From the NCBI GenBank assembly GCA_036785375.1, contig JAWMAR010000026.1, positions 12,090,001 through 12,154,000 on the forward strand: a stretch of 64,000 nt of DNA. Direction: 5' to 3'. The notes under the pieces are model-generated. The model ran no database searches, had not been told where the DNA came from, and worked only from the letters and a program-made list of their open reading frames with translations. The stretch's first letter is position 1. Each line of letters starts with the position of its first letter. Positions 59,601 to 64,000 of the stretch are shown here, one piece after another. The position numbers were made by a program, and so were the translations under genes. This stretch comes from Leucoraja ocellata (Eukaryota).

Positions 59601-62600
59601 TACATCCAATTCCAAGCTGAAATAATTGAATTTGAAGATCCATCATATTATCACACACATATATCAAAGCCGGCTTCAGAACTCTCTTTACATGTCCATC
59701 TACGTTTCCTTTTCTCCTCTGTGAGCAAACACCATTGACATATCCATTCTCGTTTTAACCATAGAAATGATTATTGTATGATTATTATCAAGATTCTTAC
59801 CGTGCCATATCTTTAAACTGAGTCTCATCACGATTATAATCAGAACTAAAATTACTGATCCACCTACTGCATATACGATAATCTGTTTGCGACCAATTCC
59901 TGGTGGATTAACAGAAAATTTAGAAACTGTAAAGAATTTATACATTTCAGAACAATTATACAAACGGCAGTCAACAAAGTAAATCATTTCGTAGGTGCAT
60001 TTTAATACCCACATCGGAAAGTTTGGAAGGTATATCATGAGGCACCAGATGGAAGTTAGTAATGGAATCCACAGGACAAGCAATTGCCGTTGTATTGTGC
60101 CCACGCGCGGAGAGCTGCTTACTGACGTTAAACGGAATTTAGGCTTTATCTTCATATATTTCACCAGACAGTAGATATATACATATAACCATATAACAAT
60201 TACAGCACGGAAACAGGCCATCTCGGCCCTACAAGTCCGTGCCGAACAACTTTTCTTCCCCTTAGTCCCACCTGCCTGCACTCACACCATAACCCTCCAT
60301 TCCCTTCTCATCCATATGCCTATCCAATTTATTTTTAAATGATGCCAATGAACCTACCTCCACCACTTCCACTGGAAGCTCATTCCACACCGCTACCACT
60401 CTCTGAGTAAAGAAGTTCCCCCTCATATTACCCCTAAACTTCTGTCCCTTAATTCTGAAGTCATGTCCCCTTGTTTGAATCTTCCCTATTCTCAAAGGGA
60501 AAAGCTTGTCCACATCAACTCTGTCTATCCCTCTCATCATTTTAAAGACCTCTATCAAGTTCCCCCTTAACCTTCTGCGCTCCAGAGAATAAAGACCTAA
60601 CTTATTTAACCTATCTCTGTAACTTAGTTGTTGAAACCCAGGCAACATTCTAGTAAATCTCCTCTGCACTCTCTCTATTTTGTTGACATCCTTCCTATAA
60701 TTGGGCGACCAAAATTGTACACCATACTCCAGATTTGGTCTCACCAATGCCTTGTACAATTTTAACATTACACCCCAGCTTCTATACTCATTGCTCTGAT
60801 TTATAAACGCTAGCATCCCAGGACGTTTTTGCTCATTACAATCATTATATCAATTCAGTTTGTCAATTGATCTCACACGGATCTCCTTACAAGAACTGAT
60901 GAAGTACAATTCATTTTAAACAGCATGCAAGTGTTGCTTTCATGCGAATAAATGCGAGCCACATTTAACCTTGTACGGAAAGCTGTCCAGTTATTAATCT
61001 GATCGAATTTGATCTACCGCCCCAATATCATGTGTAACTGGCTCCAGTCTTACCTTGGCCCAGGGTATAACTGAAACTGGCCGCCACCTTCAGGGAGACA
61101 TGTGATACCAGACAGGTGTAAATATCTTTGTCCTCCCCAGGCTGCGTTATTTCCAAAGAACTAGTAGCCACAAACAATCCTTCTTCGCTCGGTTTTTTCA
61201 CAGTTTCGATTCCAGTGCGAATTTCCTCGTTATTTCTTAGCCAGAATATTTCTAATTTCTCCGGATAAAAGGCGCCAGTTTTGCACACAAGTTTCCGTGG
61301 AGATCCAAGTCCTTCAGCAGGAACAATTGTCAAGGGAGTTGGGGGATCTTAAGCAAAGAAAAAAAAATATCGGGTGTTCGCTTTCCATTTCATTGTAAAT
61401 ATTTACATTTTATCTCGCCACCGAGTCGTATTTGTCAAGACCAAATTATTTAATATTTAAACTTCCCAGTTTGTCGTTCATTTATACTCCCTTTCCTAGC
61501 GGACAACCGGACGAACTCCGCCAAGATACAAAGAGGGTGAATTTAAGGAGTGCCAACAGAATTTAAGGAGTTCCAAAATAAACTCTGCTCTGAATGGACG
61601 TTCCCCGGTATCGCGCGAAAGTTTTTGCCAGAAGCCTGCCGTGATTATTTAAAAGTGGCCATGTTCGGATCATTCATATGTTGCAAAAGAAATGGAGCCA
61701 TCATAATCGAAATATAACAGATTCGTATAGTGTGGTGACAGGAAGCGGTTATACATGAAGATTAATGATTAATCCCGTTAGCACTTTAAGTAGTATATGG
61801 ATTAAATCTTCTCACCCTGGTCAAAAAGACCCACTTCAACATTTAATCACTACTCTACTCTACTCAACTCACTCCGACATGCGGGAGATAACCACTTATC
61901 ACGTGTTTGCGCAGTAATCAACCAGAACCAGAACCAGATATGGGTTTGAAATGCCGATCACAACCATTTACCTGCATGTGAACCAAGTGCTGGAACACCT
62001 ACCTTTCTCGCGCATTGAATGCTTTTATTAAAACACCGTGGTTTCAATTACAAGCAATTTACGAGCGCACTTATTCAATATCAGTATGTAGGAAAGAACT
62101 GCAGATGCTGGTTTAAACCGAATATATGTTGGAGTAACTCAGCGGGACAGGCAACATCTCTTCGGAGAACGAATGGGTGACGTTTCGGATCGAGGTTTGA
62201 AGAAGGGTATCGACCCCAAACGTCACTCATTCCTTCTACCCAGAGATGCTGCCTGCCCCGCTGAGTTACTCCAGCATTTTGTGTCTCTATACAAATCAGT
62301 TCCATCTGTTGTGCCAACTTGGCGACAGTGAATCGACAACGTTAGATCGGCGTTAATGATGGTAGCTTGCAGAAGCCAAACGATGGAAAATAACAAGCTC
62401 TGTTTCTCGCTGTGCTGATTCTACTCATTTACGTCTGCACGTAAAAGGTCCTATATTTGGCATTTATTAACGCGAACTCCTTCCGTACGAGCTGCAGCCG
62501 GTGTCTAACTGGACGGGGAGTTAATTGTTGGGTTGCTTTGTCGGTTTATTACAAATCTTTAGAAAGCTTGACTTAATTCACTTAATCATGATAATCTTTA

Positions 62601-63951
62601 ATGATGAAATAAATGTTACTGATTATTCCCGGACTTTAAATAATTTCATTTGAGATGTTGTTTACTTCTTTTTTCCCCCGTACGGTGCCACATTGGTTGA
62701 ATAGACTGACGTTATGCCTGACAAAATTAGTATCAAGCGATTTCAAAAAAAAGAAAAAAGATTTCATTGAAGTCAGCTTGGAATCAGCAGCGATGAGTCC
62801 CACATGTTGGAAGACCAAGGTCCTTGGGTTGCAGCAGCACATTGGTCTTATGAGGTTCCAAAGCTGTCGATGTAGAATAGAGGCATGACAGACTCTACCA
62901 TCGACGTATTAAAATTGCTCCTACTCTATTTTCTTAGTGATGAGAAACCTGGACATCACACTCCAGCCACTCAAACTAACAGGAATATCATTTAAATATC
63001 TCATCGCAAAACATTTCTAACCACACCTCAGAATGAATTCCTTCCATCTCAGCATTTACCCGTTCTTAGCGATAAATCCATCTGGGAGATTGGCTTAAAA
63101 TTCGGGACCGCTAAATGAATGGGCTGCGCCAATTCATAGCGGCAATGAAAAGGAGTCTCGCAAAGTATCGTACAATGAACAAAATAACCCTCAATACCCA
63201 CGCGTCCCACAAGTGCTACTCGACCTGCTGGTTATGTCCATTGTGCTTTGTTTTATTTTGAATTACTGGTCCCTGTAATTTAAAATTGTTATTACTGGAT
63301 ATTTATCAACAGGCGATTTTTCATATTATCCTCGCGACTAGACTTTACAAATGACATAGAACTGAAAATTGTTTATTTCCCTAACACACACACTCACCAA
63401 ATACGGTGATTCGGCTGCCACTTCCATTTCTGATAACCTGCTGCTGGAACTTTACTTGACAGTAATACAGGCCGGAGTCAGCTACACGCACATGTTGGAG
63501 AGTAAATGTTCCGCTTCCAGAATCTATGGTAAATTGTTTTCTATTGTCCGGTTCAAGGAAAGTCTTCATGCCGCCCCTCCACCAATTAACGCTAATATTG
63601 CCTTTCGATATTGGAAATGTGCAATACATGGTAGCATGTTCACCGCCGCCAACGTCCAAGTTGACAGGGAATTGGGACACTCGGGTCGGATAGACTTCGG
63701 TAGCTGTCGGGACACAAGCAAGAACAATTGAAACAGTTGTAAACACTGGACAGAGAAAACAGGAACCAACTGTCGAAAAGCACGAAACAACTATAAACCC
63801 GCGAGGGCCTAATAGATGAACCTAATAGCTCGAAACCAGGTCCGAATTTTCGTAAAATAATACTTAGACCAGAAATGGCACACATTTTAACTATACCCTG
63901 CGTTAGTATGACCAGAAGAGCCATGGACCAAACTCTAACTTTCACCGACAT
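56516..63951 (-). CDS. IgSF receptor gene C (leader-VJ-C1-TM-tail with 4 motif tyrosines), ~348 aa, apparently intact
   Basis: Exons 63951-63897, 63703-63398, 61347-61054, 59899-59801 (TM), 59155-59112, 57609-57499, 56653-56516; total 1047 nt, all AG/GT, in frame to TGA. Confidence 0.92.
57499..57609 (-). CDS. Gene C cytoplasmic exon 2
   Basis: VRQAPIEHTAAYATLNLSESKGFSNGLQEEQHVAYSQ; 111 bp. Confidence 0.88.
59112..59155 (-). CDS. Gene C cytoplasmic exon 1 (44 bp)
   Basis: GHNVTSVGIRPNGEP. Confidence 0.8.
59801..59899 (-). CDS. Gene C transmembrane exon
   Basis: GIGRKQIIVYAVGGSVILVLIIIVMRLSLKIWH. Confidence 0.87.
60184..60817 (-). mobile_element. CR1/HER1-type LINE 3' fragment in gene C intron 3
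   Basis: LYKALVRPNLEYGVQFWSP...FFTQRVVAVWNELP. Confidence 0.92.
61054..61347 (-). CDS. Gene C C1-set exon
   Basis: LVCKTGAFYPEKLEIFW...YTCLVSHVSL. Confidence 0.92.
62080..62290. mobile_element. Palindromic Penelope-derived short element
   Basis: GGAGTAACTCAGCGG...CCGCTGAGTTACTCC inverted arms; related copies at ~16520-16925, ~20410-20585, ~47850-47942. Confidence 0.7.
63398..63703 (-). CDS. Gene C VJ-type Ig domain exon
   Basis: ATMYC...WWR...DSGLYYC...IRNGSGSRITVF. Confidence 0.92.
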
Positions 63952-64000
63952 ATTACAAGAATAAATTGCCAACTTGTTGTTAGTTTACTCAAAACTTGCT

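Overview
Eukaryotic, repeat-rich vertebrate DNA, most likely an elasmobranch (skate/ray/shark), judging from HE1-like SINEs, CR1/HER1-type LINEs and Penelope-like elements. There is one 200-N assembly gap at 28259-28458. The left 17 kb holds coding exons 1-10 of OGFOD1 on the minus strand; the gene runs off the left edge and has a GC-AG intron. The rest holds a cluster of three paralogous immunoglobulin-superfamily receptor genes, reconstructed here from splice sites: A (+, 26424-28102, cut off at the gap), B (-, 50060-44735) and C (-, 63951-56516). Each has a 55-bp leader exon, a germline-joined VJ-type domain with a very short Cys-Cys spacing, and an antigen-receptor/MHC-type C1 domain. B and C also show a TM exon and three cytoplasmic exons with ITIM/ITSM-like tyrosines. 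Gene B has lost its two distal tyrosine motifs through a 17-bp frameshifting deletion. The remainder is transposon sequence: Penelope elements with inverted termini and hammerhead-like motifs, a tandem Helitron array carrying captured LINE pieces, hAT/Harbinger-like non-autonomous elements, and a multi-level nested insertion. Gene names and families come from recalled motifs, not database searches.
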